60,018 nt of DNA. Source: a bacterium. GTDB taxonomy: Bacteria; Margulisbacteria; Marinamargulisbacteria; JABIPA01. A program made the position numbers and the translations under genes. This document shows, in pieces, positions 40,216 to 53,103 of the stretch (position 1 is the first letter of the stretch; the number at the start of each line of letters is the position of its first letter). The stretch covers positions 1-60,018 of the forward strand of contig JABIQV010000001.1 of assembly GCA_018699495.1 (NCBI GenBank), given 5' to 3'. The notes below the pieces were generated by a model that did no database searches, was not told the origin of the DNA, and saw nothing but the letters and a program-made list of their open reading frames with translations.

Positions 40216-41292
40216 TTATTTTTCCTTTTTTAATTTTTCTTGAGTTTCTTTTTTTATTTTGTATCGATAGCCATCGAATACTTGACCTAATTTTTTCGAA
40301 TATTTACCCTGTTGAATAAAATCACGTCTTAATGGGAATCTTTGTTGAAGTTCCAAACCATACTTCTCTGCTAATTGTTCAATAGTCATGTCACGGGGTT
40401 TGTCTTTACAGACGTAGGATGCCGAACATCCTTCATACAACCTACCCAAATCTCTTATCCCCAATTTCAAAAAGGGTTCGTAGTTAGGATTACTTTCGAA
40501 AGGAACAATTACCTTCACCGCCCCCTTGAAGGAATCTAAAGCATATTCAGTTGTTTCGATCATTAATTTTTCATCTGCTACCGAGTGATTATGAAATTTG
40601 GTACCATCTTGAGGAACAAAATTCTGAATAACGAATTCATGAATCATTCCGAATTCATTATGCAAATCTCGAATTTTATCTATCATCTGCTTTCGATGCG
40701 TCTTTGACTCACCTATTCCGACTAAAAGACCTGTTACCACAGGAAGCTTGAGCTTAGACGACCACTCGATTTGTTTCAATCGTAAATCCATTTTTTTTCC
40801 TGGTGATTCTGGGTATATATTTGAAAAGTTTCTCTGATCGACTGTATCCAGCATAATTTTTGAAAGAGCACATGTCTGCGCCAATTTTTTGATTTCGTCA
40901 GGACTTAAAAATCCGAGCTCAATAACGGGAATAAGCCCCTCTAAAAACCCGAGTTCACAAATCGTATAAACATAATCAGAGTAAGTATCAAACCCCCATA
41001 AATCCAAAGTCGCTCTTACCTGAGAGTATTTGTCGGGTCTCTCACCTGCCACATATACGGCTTCCCTTGCACCACTTAAACGTGCGTCCCTTGCAATCTT
41101 AATTGTAGAATAAGGAACAACAATATTGTCCTTTCTATGAAAACTACAATAAGGACAATTATTTCTACACATTCTAGATAAAACGACTGACGTTGCTTTA
41201 GAATAAGCAAGTACATTATCTCTATCTTCACCTAAAACCTGTATATCATTTTCCTTATCATTACTATTACCTAACGCGTACCCAACAACCAT
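40216..41292 (-). CDS. Radical SAM protein, divergent CofG (FO synthase subunit 1)-like
   Basis: CRNNCPYC (CxxxCxxC), AYSK, GERP, SPGK...RL, TGLLVGIGES, VIQNF, GIRDLG; RBS AAGGAG. Confidence 0.8.
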   Translation of the reverse strand: MVVGYALGNSNDKENDIQVLGEDRDNVLAYSKATSVVLSRMCRNNCPYCSFHRKDNIVVPYSTIKIARDARLSGAREAVYVAGERPDKYSQVRATLDLWGFDTYSDYVYTICELGFLEGLIPVIELGFLSPDEIKKLAQTCALSKIMLDTVDQRNFSNIYPESPGKKMDLRLKQIEWSSKLKLPVVTGLLVGIGESKTHRKQMIDKIRDLHNEFGMIHEFVIQNFVPQDGTKFHNHSVADEKLMIETTEYALDSFKGAVKVIVPFESNPNYEPFLKLGIRDLGRLYEGCSASYVCKDKPRDMTIEQLAEKYGLELQQRFPLRRDFIQQGKYSKKLGQVFDGYRYKIKKETQEKLKKEK

Positions 41293-41421
41293 TGTATCTC
41301 CTTAACTAAAACGACTACCCAATCTCACCAACGTAAATATATTAATTTGAGTATGTTATGCTACAATAGAAACATAATTAGAGCAATATTATGTAAAAAT
41401 TAAATTAGTGCAAGGTCCAAA

Positions 41422-42498
41422 ATGAGTAGAACTAAATATATTGTCGACTTAAAGCAATACGGAAATAATATAAAAAATATTAGAGAATCTCTAAATCCCA
41501 CAACAAAGATTCTTCTCACTCTAAAATGTGACGCATATGGTCTAGGGGCAGTCAAGCTAGCAGAAGTGGCTGAGAAACAAAATGTAGCGTACTTTGGAGT
41601 TGCTTCGATAGAAGAGGCTCTTGAATTGAGAGAAGCTGGAATCGAAACGAATATACTTTTGTTTTCTGAGCCTTTTTTAGACGACTTAAAAAAGATCGTA
41701 ACGTTAAATATCACCCCGACGTTATTTAAACCGTCTAGTGCATACCTCCTTAATGAAATATCTAAAAAGAAAGGGATAATAACAAATTTTCATTTTAAAC
41801 TAGATACGGGCATGGCAAGAAATGGAACAAACCCGGAACAAGCATATACAGACATACAATACATTTTAAATCTTCCTTACCTTAAACTCGAAAGCATCTA
41901 TACACACATATCAGACGGATCAAAACCCTACTCAAGTTATACTCACAATCAAAATAGGCAATTTGTAAAATTTATTCAAAAAGTAAAACTATTATCAAAA
42001 AATTCTTACACAATCCACATAGCAAACTCAGACACTACGTTGAATTTTCCTCAATACCAATACGATATGGTTCGAATTGGTCTTCATTCATATAGACATA
42101 TTATGACTTTGATGAGTAAAGTTCTCCTCTTAAAATTAATGGATTTGGGAGATTTCATTGGATATGAACGATCCTATACTCTTAAAAGGAAAGCTATAAT
42201 CGCCATAATTGCAATAGGGTATGGAGACGGAATTCCCTATCAGCTTTCTAATAAAGGTACCGTATTAATAAACGGTATTGAATACCCTATAGTAGGAAAA
42301 GTATGTATGGATCATATTATGGTGAATCTAGGCCCAAATAGTGGCAAGGTTTCCGAAGGGGACGACGTTGTCATAATAGGAAAACAAAAACAACAACAAA
42401 TTTCTCTGGAAAAGGTCGCCCGCATATCCGGCAACATCCCTTATTCAATCATGACTGGAATATCTAAACGTGTCCCTCGTGAATATGTAAGTAACTAA
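41422..42498 (+). CDS. alr: Alanine racemase
   Basis: KCDAYGLG (PLP Lys), EALELR, KLDTGMAR, HIANS, MVRIG, IGY, GYGDG, GKVCMD. Confidence 0.9.
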   Translation: MSRTKYIVDLKQYGNNIKNIRESLNPTTKILLTLKCDAYGLGAVKLAEVAEKQNVAYFGVASIEEALELREAGIETNILLFSEPFLDDLKKIVTLNITPTLFKPSSAYLLNEISKKKGIITNFHFKLDTGMARNGTNPEQAYTDIQYILNLPYLKLESIYTHISDGSKPYSSYTHNQNRQFVKFIQKVKLLSKNSYTIHIANSDTTLNFPQYQYDMVRIGLHSYRHIMTLMSKVLLLKLMDLGDFIGYERSYTLKRKAIIAIIAIGYGDGIPYQLSNKGTVLINGIEYPIVGKVCMDHIMVNLGPNSGKVSEGDDVVIIGKQKQQQISLEKVARISGNIPYSIMTGISKRVPREYVSN

Positions 42499-42594
42499 AG
42501 CAAACTTAATCTACTTCTTTTACTTGCTTACGTGGAACCGTTTCAGTTTGTAATTGGAGAATTTAATTATGTTCTTTGAACATATGAGTATTTA

Positions 42595-42712
42595 TCTTGG
42601 CCACGACCAACTCTCCCACCAGGGTAACCCGGAAGTACCATAGGCGCTGAAGGACTTAACTACTGTGTTCGGAATGAGAACAGGTGTACCCCCTTCGCTA
42701 TAATGACCAAGA
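42595..42712 (-). rRNA. rrf: 5S rRNA
   Basis: ACACCUGUUCUCAUUCCGAACACAG and GGUACU...GGGAGAGU conserved blocks; terminal helix extended by a perfect 20-bp flanking inverted repeat (42581-42600 / 42707-42726). Confidence 0.97.
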
Positions 42713-42815
42713 TAAATACTCATATGGTTCAACAACTTGGCATTGTTGAACTTGCATTGATACCGAAACTTAGATTTGCCAACCGTCTTGATTTATTATT
42801 CATAGGCCGTTTTAA

Positions 42816-45804
<2,989 letters not shown>

Positions 45805-45893
45805 AAACGGCCCATGAGTAATAAATCATTTCAAATTGAAACAACTTCAAATTGGCAATTTTATTTTCTTAAGATTCTAAATTTCGATATCAA

Positions 45894-45962
45894 TTTCAAA
45901 GAACTAAGCACCTATTGATTAGTGCGAGATACAAATATATTAAAATAAATTTTGTTTGTCAA
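45894..45962 (-). promoter_or_regulatory. rRNA promoter and boxA directly upstream of 23S
   Basis: TTGACA (45962-45957), 17 nt, TATATT (45939-45934); boxA AGTTCTTTGAAA (45905-45894). Confidence 0.8.
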
Positions 45963-46068
45963 ACACCTATTTTATTTTTTTTCATCAGTCCTTCTTTTCT
46001 CTTCATTATATCCATAATAACCAGCTTAAACTTGCCAACATTTTATCAATTAATGTAGATTTAGTTTT

Positions 46069-46521
46069 ATGAAAAATAGTCACCAAGTAGCATCTAATAA
46101 AAAAGCCTTCTTTAATTTTGAGATTATAGAAAAAAATGAGGCGGGTATTGTATTAACAGGATGCGAAATTAAATCTGTGCGGCAAGGGCATGTCACTATA
46201 AAAGAAAGTTATGTACGAATCATCAACAATGAGCTTTGGTTGATAAATTGCAATATTCTTCCTTATACTCAGGGAAATAGGCATAATGGAAACCCCGCTA
46301 GAGATAGAAAGCTTTTAATAAAAAAGAATGAAATTAAAAAACTTATTGGAAAAACCACTCAAAAGGGACTCGTTTTAGTTGCACTTTCCCTATACTTTAA
46401 AGGATCCAATCTAAAGGTTGGATTCGGTCTTGCCCGCCCAAAAAAAATGCACGACAAACGGCAAGTTCTAAAAGATCAAGCTGTTAACAGAGAAATTCAA
46501 CGCTCATCAAAAATCAGATAA
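46069..46521 (+). CDS. smpB: SsrA-binding protein
   Basis: NKKAFFNF, EAGIVLTGCEIKSVR, RDRKLL, HDKR. Confidence 0.97.
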   Translation: MKNSHQVASNKKAFFNFEIIEKNEAGIVLTGCEIKSVRQGHVTIKESYVRIINNELWLINCNILPYTQGNRHNGNPARDRKLLIKKNEIKKLIGKTTQKGLVLVALSLYFKGSNLKVGFGLARPKKMHDKRQVLKDQAVNREIQRSSKIR

Positions 46522-46927
46522 TTTTTTCATACCGTGAAATTGAGAAATGAATGTCACAGACATTTGAATAAGACCTCTCGCCTTTTTACACCAATCGTTT
46601 ACGACTAACAAAATTTCGTCATTGCTGGAAAAAGACTGGCGTCTCCTAATCTGTTCGTATTTTCTATATATAGATGTAGCATTACACCCCTATTTCTATG
46701 CCACTACACACTAATTAAAAACCTATCCCTCCTGAAAATATTTAAAATTGGTTTTTTACTTTTGTATGTCGCCGAAACATATAGAACTTTCATGTACCAA
46801 CAAACATAGTAATCCTGTTCAGAAAGTATCCATTTGAATTTGTAAACTTTTCATGGTCTGGTCTATAATATGATAAGAAAATACATATCAATCTGGCAGG
46901 CAACTTAAAACCTTTTCAATTTGGTTT

Positions 46928-47620
46928 TTATGTGTTGAAACTGGACACGTATTTGAGGGGGTCTTTTTTACCCGCGTCCCTAAACCCTTTCAACCTTAAT
47001 AAACAAGATGGACATTTCCCGCAAGCAGGTCTCTTCCCGTAATAACACGTATGTGTTTCCTTTAATAACTCCAGATGATTAAGATCTACCATCATCTTTA
47101 TCGTATCCGCCTTCGAAAGCCACATTAATGGTGCGCAAATTACAAAAGGAAAAGAAAATGCTAAATTCAGCACCCGTTCCGCACTTCCTATAAATTCATT
47201 TCGACAATCAGGATACCCCGAAAAATCAGTCTGGCACGCCCCTATGACCAAATTTGATATGTTATTTTTATAGGCATAAATAGCCGCCCTGTTCAAAAAT
47301 ATTAAATTTCTTCCTGGAACAAATGAGTTAGGATGCTCGATAGTTGTATCGGCTATTATCACAGAATCATTTAATAAGGTTGACGATTCCCACTCCTCAT
47401 TTACTGCAAGATTTATAACGGTAAATTGAACGTTTAATTTATCAGCTATCTTCTGAGCCTGAATAAGTTCTATATTATGTCTCTGCCCATAATTGAAACC
47501 AATTGCTTCAACACTATTAAACTTATGTAACGCATAAGCTAGGCATGTCGTACTATCCTGCCCTCCTGAAAAAAGGACGACGGCTTTTTCATATTTGGAT
47601 ATATTTTTATGATTCTTCAT
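46928..47620 (-). CDS. queC: 7-cyano-7-deazaguanine synthase
   Basis: FSGGQDSTTC, YGQRH, FVPGRN, YPDCR, TCY, CGKCPSC. Confidence 0.97.
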   Translation of the reverse strand: MKNHKNISKYEKAVVLFSGGQDSTTCLAYALHKFNSVEAIGFNYGQRHNIELIQAQKIADKLNVQFTVINLAVNEEWESSTLLNDSVIIADTTIEHPNSFVPGRNLIFLNRAAIYAYKNNISNLVIGACQTDFSGYPDCRNEFIGSAERVLNLAFSFPFVICAPLMWLSKADTIKMMVDLNHLELLKETHTCYYGKRPACGKCPSCLLRLKGFRDAGKKDPLKYVSSFNT

Positions 47621-48293
47621 TCTTTCATCCTCATTTTACATAATTACAAACTTCAAAACGTTTAGTTTTTTTTAAATAGACTTCAAACGAACCTTTACCG
47701 TACCGGCTTCTATCTATAAAGCGGTCCAACTTTCTTTATTAGTTGAACCCTTTAACAAAGGTTTAGAAATTCGAACCGCCTTTATCTGCCTTACTTATTG
47801 TTTGTGTCTAAAGTTCACATAAACGGACAGCCTCGAATTATAGTTCATCTGAAAAGTTAACATCTACAATATAGTATGAGATCATAGCATCCATTCTAAA
47901 GACAACTATATGATACCAACTATTTCCACACCATCGCACCGGAATAAATGCCGATAAAGACACGGCACATACCAAATATGTTATTAATTCAAAATAAATA
48001 ATAACGTCATCCATTACACTATAAAATGGATTAAGGTCCATTGCCCCATTGTTTTTAAAGACATTTATGGTTACAAAACTTGAAATGAGGAGCCCGCCTC
48101 AACTAAAACAGGATAATGTAGATATCCATCCGAATATAAAAGAACGTACATAATAATATCTATTAGAACAAATGTTTTGATTCTTAAAAATAAACATATT
48201 TGCCACGCTAAATGTGTATTCTATATATAAAGAGCGTTGTTAATGTTGGTAACAGTTCTAAAGTTTCTGGAATACATTTTAAATGGAAGGTTT

Positions 48294-48368
48294 TGGTAGC
48301 GGGGAGAGGATTCGAACCTCTGACCTTCGGGTTATGAGCCCGACAAGCTACCACTGCTCCACCCCGCG
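48294..48368 (-). tRNA. Initiator tRNA-fMet(CAT)
   Basis: CGCGGGGTGGAGC...TCGGG CT CAT AA CCCGA...CCCCGCTACCA; C1:A72 mismatch and three G-C pairs in the anticodon stem. Confidence 0.97.
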
Positions 48369-48550
48369 CCATTGTTTAAGAGTATTGATTTATTTCGAAA
48401 AAATTACTATTCAAAATACCTACTCTATAAGGTTGAGACCTGTATACTACCAAAGAATCACTAATTGTAAAACCCCAAGTTCGGGAATACATCTTTTCTG
48501 CGTCTCTTAACAACAAAAGTTTATATATCAGTGTTTTGATAGTTTAGTCA

Positions 48551-50116
48551 TTAGTTTAAAAATGGCGTCATCTTTTTCCCCGTACTCTGATGAATCTTCC
48601 AATTTAAATTGTCTGTCTCTGGAAAATCTTCTCTGAAATGCCCCCCCCTACTTTCCCTTCTTTTTAATCCAAAATCGAGTATTAGCTTAGATACGCAAAA
48701 AATATTCTTTAACTCATAATAAATTATATGGCTGTATTCAGTATTTAAACAATCTTCTTTAGATTTCAAAAAATCTAACCCTTCTTGCATCAGCTGTTGG
48801 TTTCTAACAATACCCCCGCACTTCCACATCATTTCCTTAATCTGATATTTAAGAACTTGGAATTCGGCCAACTTTTCGGAATTTACTCCATTAAACACCA
48901 TCCCTACATCCCAATTTTCATTCAAATCATTTTCGTTCTTTCTCACGTAATCCCCACATCTGTACCCAAAAACTAATCCATCCAATAAGGAATTCGACGC
49001 CAATCGATTCGCCCCATGAATTCCCAAACAAGCAGATTCTCCGGTAGAATAGAGCCCCTCTATAGATGATTTCCCCCATTCATTCACTTTAATTCCCCCC
49101 ATCAAAAAATGAGCCGCTGGAGAAACCGGAACAAAGTCTTTGGTTAAATCTATTTTTGCAATCAAGCATCTTCGATAAATATTTGGAAACTTAACAGATA
49201 AATCACCAGATATTTGAGTTAAATCCAAATACACGTGATTACTTCCAGATTTAATACATTCTTTTACAATTGCTCTTGAAACAATATCTCTAGGTGCGAG
49301 TTCTCGTAAATCATGGTAATTTTTCATAAATCGATTACCTTTTATATTCCTTAAAACAGCGCCTTCTCCGCGAACCGCTTCTGAAATTAAAAATATAGAT
49401 ATCGGCTTTTTATCGCCCGTATATAATGTTGTCGGATGAAACTGTATAAACTCCATATCTTGAATTAAACACCCGGCGTCATATGCTAACGCTATTCCAT
49501 CCCCAGTTGTTCCTGACGGATTTGTGCTATGACTAAATACTTGTCCACATCCGCCTGTCGCAATTATTGTTGCTTTTGCAGAGAGTCGTTCATATTTGCT
49601 TCCTTTTAAAACAACGCACCCGACCGCTTTCTCGTTTTTTATGCATAGATTAACCACCATTGTATTCTGTAAAAACGTTATATTGGGCTCTTTTAAAAGA
49701 CGAGTTCCCAACGCCCTCTCAATTTCTTTTCCAGTTTCATCCTTTGCATGCAAAATTCGTCGTCTGTGATGAGCGCCTTCTTGTCCAAAATCAAATTGGC
49801 TACCTTTTTTATCAAACTCGGCACCAATATCAATCAATTCCTTTACGCGCTCTAGTCCTTCCTCGACTAGTACTTTTACAACTTCGGAATCACATAGCCC
49901 CGCACCTGCTTCTAACGTATCCTGATAATGGAGAGATGGCGCATCGGATTTATCTAAGGCTACAGCTATTCCTCCTTGAGCATAATGAGTCGACCCAGAC
50001 TTTAAGGAATTCTTCGATATCATTACCGTTTTCCCGAATTTTGAAAGACGTAAGGCAGCAGATAATCCAGCGATTCCGCTCCCGATTACAATATAATCAT
50101 AAATTGTAGATTTCAT
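48551..50116 (-). CDS. nadB: L-aspartate oxidase
   Basis: GSGIAG, AQGGIA, EGAHHRRRILH, QFHPT, SEAVRGEG, LAPRDIV, HGANRLASNSL, ESRGGH. Confidence 0.96.
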   Translation of the reverse strand: MKSTIYDYIVIGSGIAGLSAALRLSKFGKTVMISKNSLKSGSTHYAQGGIAVALDKSDAPSLHYQDTLEAGAGLCDSEVVKVLVEEGLERVKELIDIGAEFDKKGSQFDFGQEGAHHRRRILHAKDETGKEIERALGTRLLKEPNITFLQNTMVVNLCIKNEKAVGCVVLKGSKYERLSAKATIIATGGCGQVFSHSTNPSGTTGDGIALAYDAGCLIQDMEFIQFHPTTLYTGDKKPISIFLISEAVRGEGAVLRNIKGNRFMKNYHDLRELAPRDIVSRAIVKECIKSGSNHVYLDLTQISGDLSVKFPNIYRRCLIAKIDLTKDFVPVSPAAHFLMGGIKVNEWGKSSIEGLYSTGESACLGIHGANRLASNSLLDGLVFGYRCGDYVRKNENDLNENWDVGMVFNGVNSEKLAEFQVLKYQIKEMMWKCGGIVRNQQLMQEGLDFLKSKEDCLNTEYSHIIYYELKNIFCVSKLILDFGLKRRESRGGHFREDFPETDNLNWKIHQSTGKKMTPFLN

Positions 50117-50288
50117 AATTTGATACTAGTTTACCAAAAACTCTCCAAAATCAAATAGTGTGTATCTGGTAAAAAGACATTTAGTCGACAACCGATTCTT
50201 ACCGACATATCTACTCGTTCGAAACGACATCCACTCTCCAATAAAAAATACAAGACAATACCCAATATATTTTTTAAAATAGATACTC

Positions 50289-51779
50289 ATGTCATCCAAA
50301 CAATGTGTAATTGGTCTCGATTTAGGGACCACAGGAGTAAGGTCAATCGCGTTTGACCAAAAAGGCGTTATTATCACTTCAAATTATCAAGAAATTAGAC
50401 AATCCTATCCTAACCCGGGATGGGTTGAACAGGACCCCCTAAATATTCTTAACGTGACTTTAGAACTTCTTCATAAAACAGCTCAAGATTTAATGGGGTA
50501 TTCTATTTTAACTGTAGGGATAACAAACCAACGAGAAACAACCGTTTTATGGAACAGTAAAACAGGATTGCCTATTTATCCGGCTATCGTATGGCAAGAC
50601 ATTCGTACAACTAAGTATTGCGCCTCCCTTAAAAAAGAACATTTTTTGCGTGTCAAAGAAAAAACGGGCCTATTTATAGACGCTTATTTTTCTGCTACTA
50701 AAATCAAATGGATTCTAGATAACGTTCCTGATGCAAAAAATTGTCTGAATAAAGGCATTTTGAAATTTGGAACTATAGATTCTTGGATTATTTGGAACCT
50801 TACAGGAGGAACTATCCATGCAACAGATACAAGCAATGCTTCTCGAACGCTTCTTTTTAACATCAACACCTTAAAATATGACGATTATTTGCTAAATTTA
50901 TTTGCGATTCCTCCGTCCATACTACCGCAGGTAAAGCCCAGCAACAGCTCTTTTGGGTCAATAAAAAACATATTTTCTAGCCCCGTTACTATCAATGCTG
51001 TTTTGGGAGACCAACAGGCCTCCTTCTTCGCCCATTCGTGTGGTCAAACATCTATTATAAAAAATACTTATGGAACAGGACTATTCATGATCTATGGAAC
51101 AGGAAACATAATTCACCCGTCTGGAAAATTAATTAATACAATTGGTTGGACAACCAATAAAAATACAGAATACGCAGTCGAAGGAAGCGTATTTACAGGG
51201 GGTTCGGTAATTCAGTGGCTTAGAGACGAACTCCAAATCATTTCTAGCGCCTCTCAATCTGAACCTATGGCCACCTCCCTTTCAGGAAACAACGGCGTTT
51301 ATTTTGTTCCAGCATTTTCAGGACTTGGCGCTCCACATTGGGACCCATATGCTAGAGGTGCTATTCTTGGACTAACCCGAGGGACTACGTCAGCACATAT
51401 AGTTAGAGCAGCTCTTGAGTCAATGGCTTATCAAGCCTTAGATTTATTTAAATCCGTACAGGATGTCAATCCGCGCAATAAAATCGAAAAATTGTGTGTA
51501 GACGGAGGCGCCTGCTCAAATGATTTTTTAATGCAGTTTCAGTCTGACATGCTTCAACTCCCTGTCGAAAGACCAGAAATTATAGAAACCACAGCGTTTG
51601 GAGTAGCCGGAATGGCTGGAATTTCTTGTGGTTTTTGGGACCCTTCTTCTTTTCGCGACTCAAAAAAGATCTCCCGTGTATTTTATCCAAAAATGTCGCA
51701 AGATGAACGAAATTCTTTATATAACAAATGGAAAGAGGCTACAAAAAGGTCTTCGAAATGGGAAACCCCGATAAATTAA
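50289..51779 (+). CDS. glpK: Glycerol kinase
   Basis: DLGTTG, GITNQRET, YFSATK, TDTSNASRT, GDQQA, KNTYGTG, GAPHWD, DGG. Confidence 0.96.
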   Translation: MSSKQCVIGLDLGTTGVRSIAFDQKGVIITSNYQEIRQSYPNPGWVEQDPLNILNVTLELLHKTAQDLMGYSILTVGITNQRETTVLWNSKTGLPIYPAIVWQDIRTTKYCASLKKEHFLRVKEKTGLFIDAYFSATKIKWILDNVPDAKNCLNKGILKFGTIDSWIIWNLTGGTIHATDTSNASRTLLFNINTLKYDDYLLNLFAIPPSILPQVKPSNSSFGSIKNIFSSPVTINAVLGDQQASFFAHSCGQTSIIKNTYGTGLFMIYGTGNIIHPSGKLINTIGWTTNKNTEYAVEGSVFTGGSVIQWLRDELQIISSASQSEPMATSLSGNNGVYFVPAFSGLGAPHWDPYARGAILGLTRGTTSAHIVRAALESMAYQALDLFKSVQDVNPRNKIEKLCVDGGACSNDFLMQFQSDMLQLPVERPEIIETTAFGVAGMAGISCGFWDPSSFRDSKKISRVFYPKMSQDERNSLYNKWKEATKRSSKWETPIN

Positions 51780-51902
51780 TATTCGACTTAATTCATTCTC
51801 GCCGCCATAACAGATTACAAAACAGATATTCCAATCTAAAATTTTTATCTATTATAGGGGTAGAAATATTTAGACATAAGACAGTATAATTCGGCAGAAA
51901 TT

Positions 51903-53090
51903 ATGAAAAAAAATCAAACTCACCATCCTATTCTAGTAATAGGAGCTGGAGCTGTTGGCTCAACATTTATAAAGAAAGCAAATTTACTGCCTACCTTATT
52001 TCCAACTATCCACTTAGCCAGTCGTACAATCGATAAATGTATAACTCTTTCTAAGAAATGTACGGGCATTCAAATTATCCCTCATCTCTTAGACGCGGAT
52101 AATTCAAATGACGTTTTACAACTAATCGAAAAAACCAAAGCTCACCTTGTCGTAAATCTTGCTTTGCCTTATCAAGATTTAACAATAATGGATGCCTGCA
52201 TAAGAGCTAAAGTCAATTATTTAGATACGGCAAATTATGAGCCAAAAGATGAAGCAAAGTTTTGCTATGAATGGCAATGGGCTCTAAATGATTCATTCGT
52301 TGCCGCTAATATTCTTGCTTTACTTGGTTGTGGGTTTGATCCGGGTGTCACAAATATATTTTGTAAATACGCGGAAAAACACCTATTTGATACAATAGAC
52401 ATTCTAGACTGTAATGGGGGGGATCATGGCCACCCATTTGCTACAAATTTTAATCCTGAAATTAATATTCGAGAAATCACCCAAAATGGACAATACTATT
52501 CAAATAAACAATGGATTAAAACAAAACCAATGGAAATTTCTCGAGTCTTTAACTTTCCTGAAATTGGAAAAAGAAAAGCCTATTTAATGTATCACGAAGA
52601 ACTTCAATCCTTGGTAAAAAACATCAATGGTCTAAAAGAAATTCGATTTTGGATGACTTTCTCGGACACCTATTTAAATCACTTAACTGTTCTTCAAAAT
52701 GTAGGTCTAACAAGTATTAAGCCCATTTCTTTCAACGGAAAGTCGATTATTCCACTTGAATTTTTGAAAGAGTGCCTTCCTAACCCATCTTCTCTTTCTG
52801 AAAATTATTCGGGAAAAACATGTATTGGGTGTCTAATTTCAGGAACAAAAAATGGAAAACAAAAAAAAATATTTATATACAACACCTGCTCTCACGAAGA
52901 AAGTCACAACGAATTAAAGTCACAAGCAGTATCTTATACAACGGCAATCCCTGCGTTACTTGGAGCATCTCTTATATCAAAGGGAATTTGGACTGGATCA
53001 GGTACTTTAAATGTCGAAGAAATGGACCCAGATCCATTTATGAAAGAACTGCCTCACCTAGGCCTTCCTTGGAAGATACATAACTATTGA
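51903..53090 (+). CDS. Carboxy(nor)spermidine dehydrogenase (saccharopine dehydrogenase family)
   Basis: IGAGAVG, ALPYQDL, YLDTANYEP, GFDPG, DCNGGDHGHPFATNFNPEINIRE, YHEEL; adjacent to nspC. Confidence 0.93.
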   Translation: MKKNQTHHPILVIGAGAVGSTFIKKANLLPTLFPTIHLASRTIDKCITLSKKCTGIQIIPHLLDADNSNDVLQLIEKTKAHLVVNLALPYQDLTIMDACIRAKVNYLDTANYEPKDEAKFCYEWQWALNDSFVAANILALLGCGFDPGVTNIFCKYAEKHLFDTIDILDCNGGDHGHPFATNFNPEINIREITQNGQYYSNKQWIKTKPMEISRVFNFPEIGKRKAYLMYHEELQSLVKNINGLKEIRFWMTFSDTYLNHLTVLQNVGLTSIKPISFNGKSIIPLEFLKECLPNPSSLSENYSGKTCIGCLISGTKNGKQKKIFIYNTCSHEESHNELKSQAVSYTTAIPALLGASLISKGIWTGSGTLNVEEMDPDPFMKELPHLGLPWKIHNY

Positions 53091-53103
53091 TGGTAATTTT
53101 AAA

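Noticed and set aside
46522-46927. Possible ssrA next to smpB
   Set aside because: No tRNA-like ends are visible on either strand.
47950-47957. GCCGATAA, a perfect sigma28 -10 box
   Set aside because: No TAAA -35 at the correct spacing and no credible downstream gene on that strand.
48283-48510. 75-aa ORF
   Set aside because: It is an antisense reading of tRNA-fMet.
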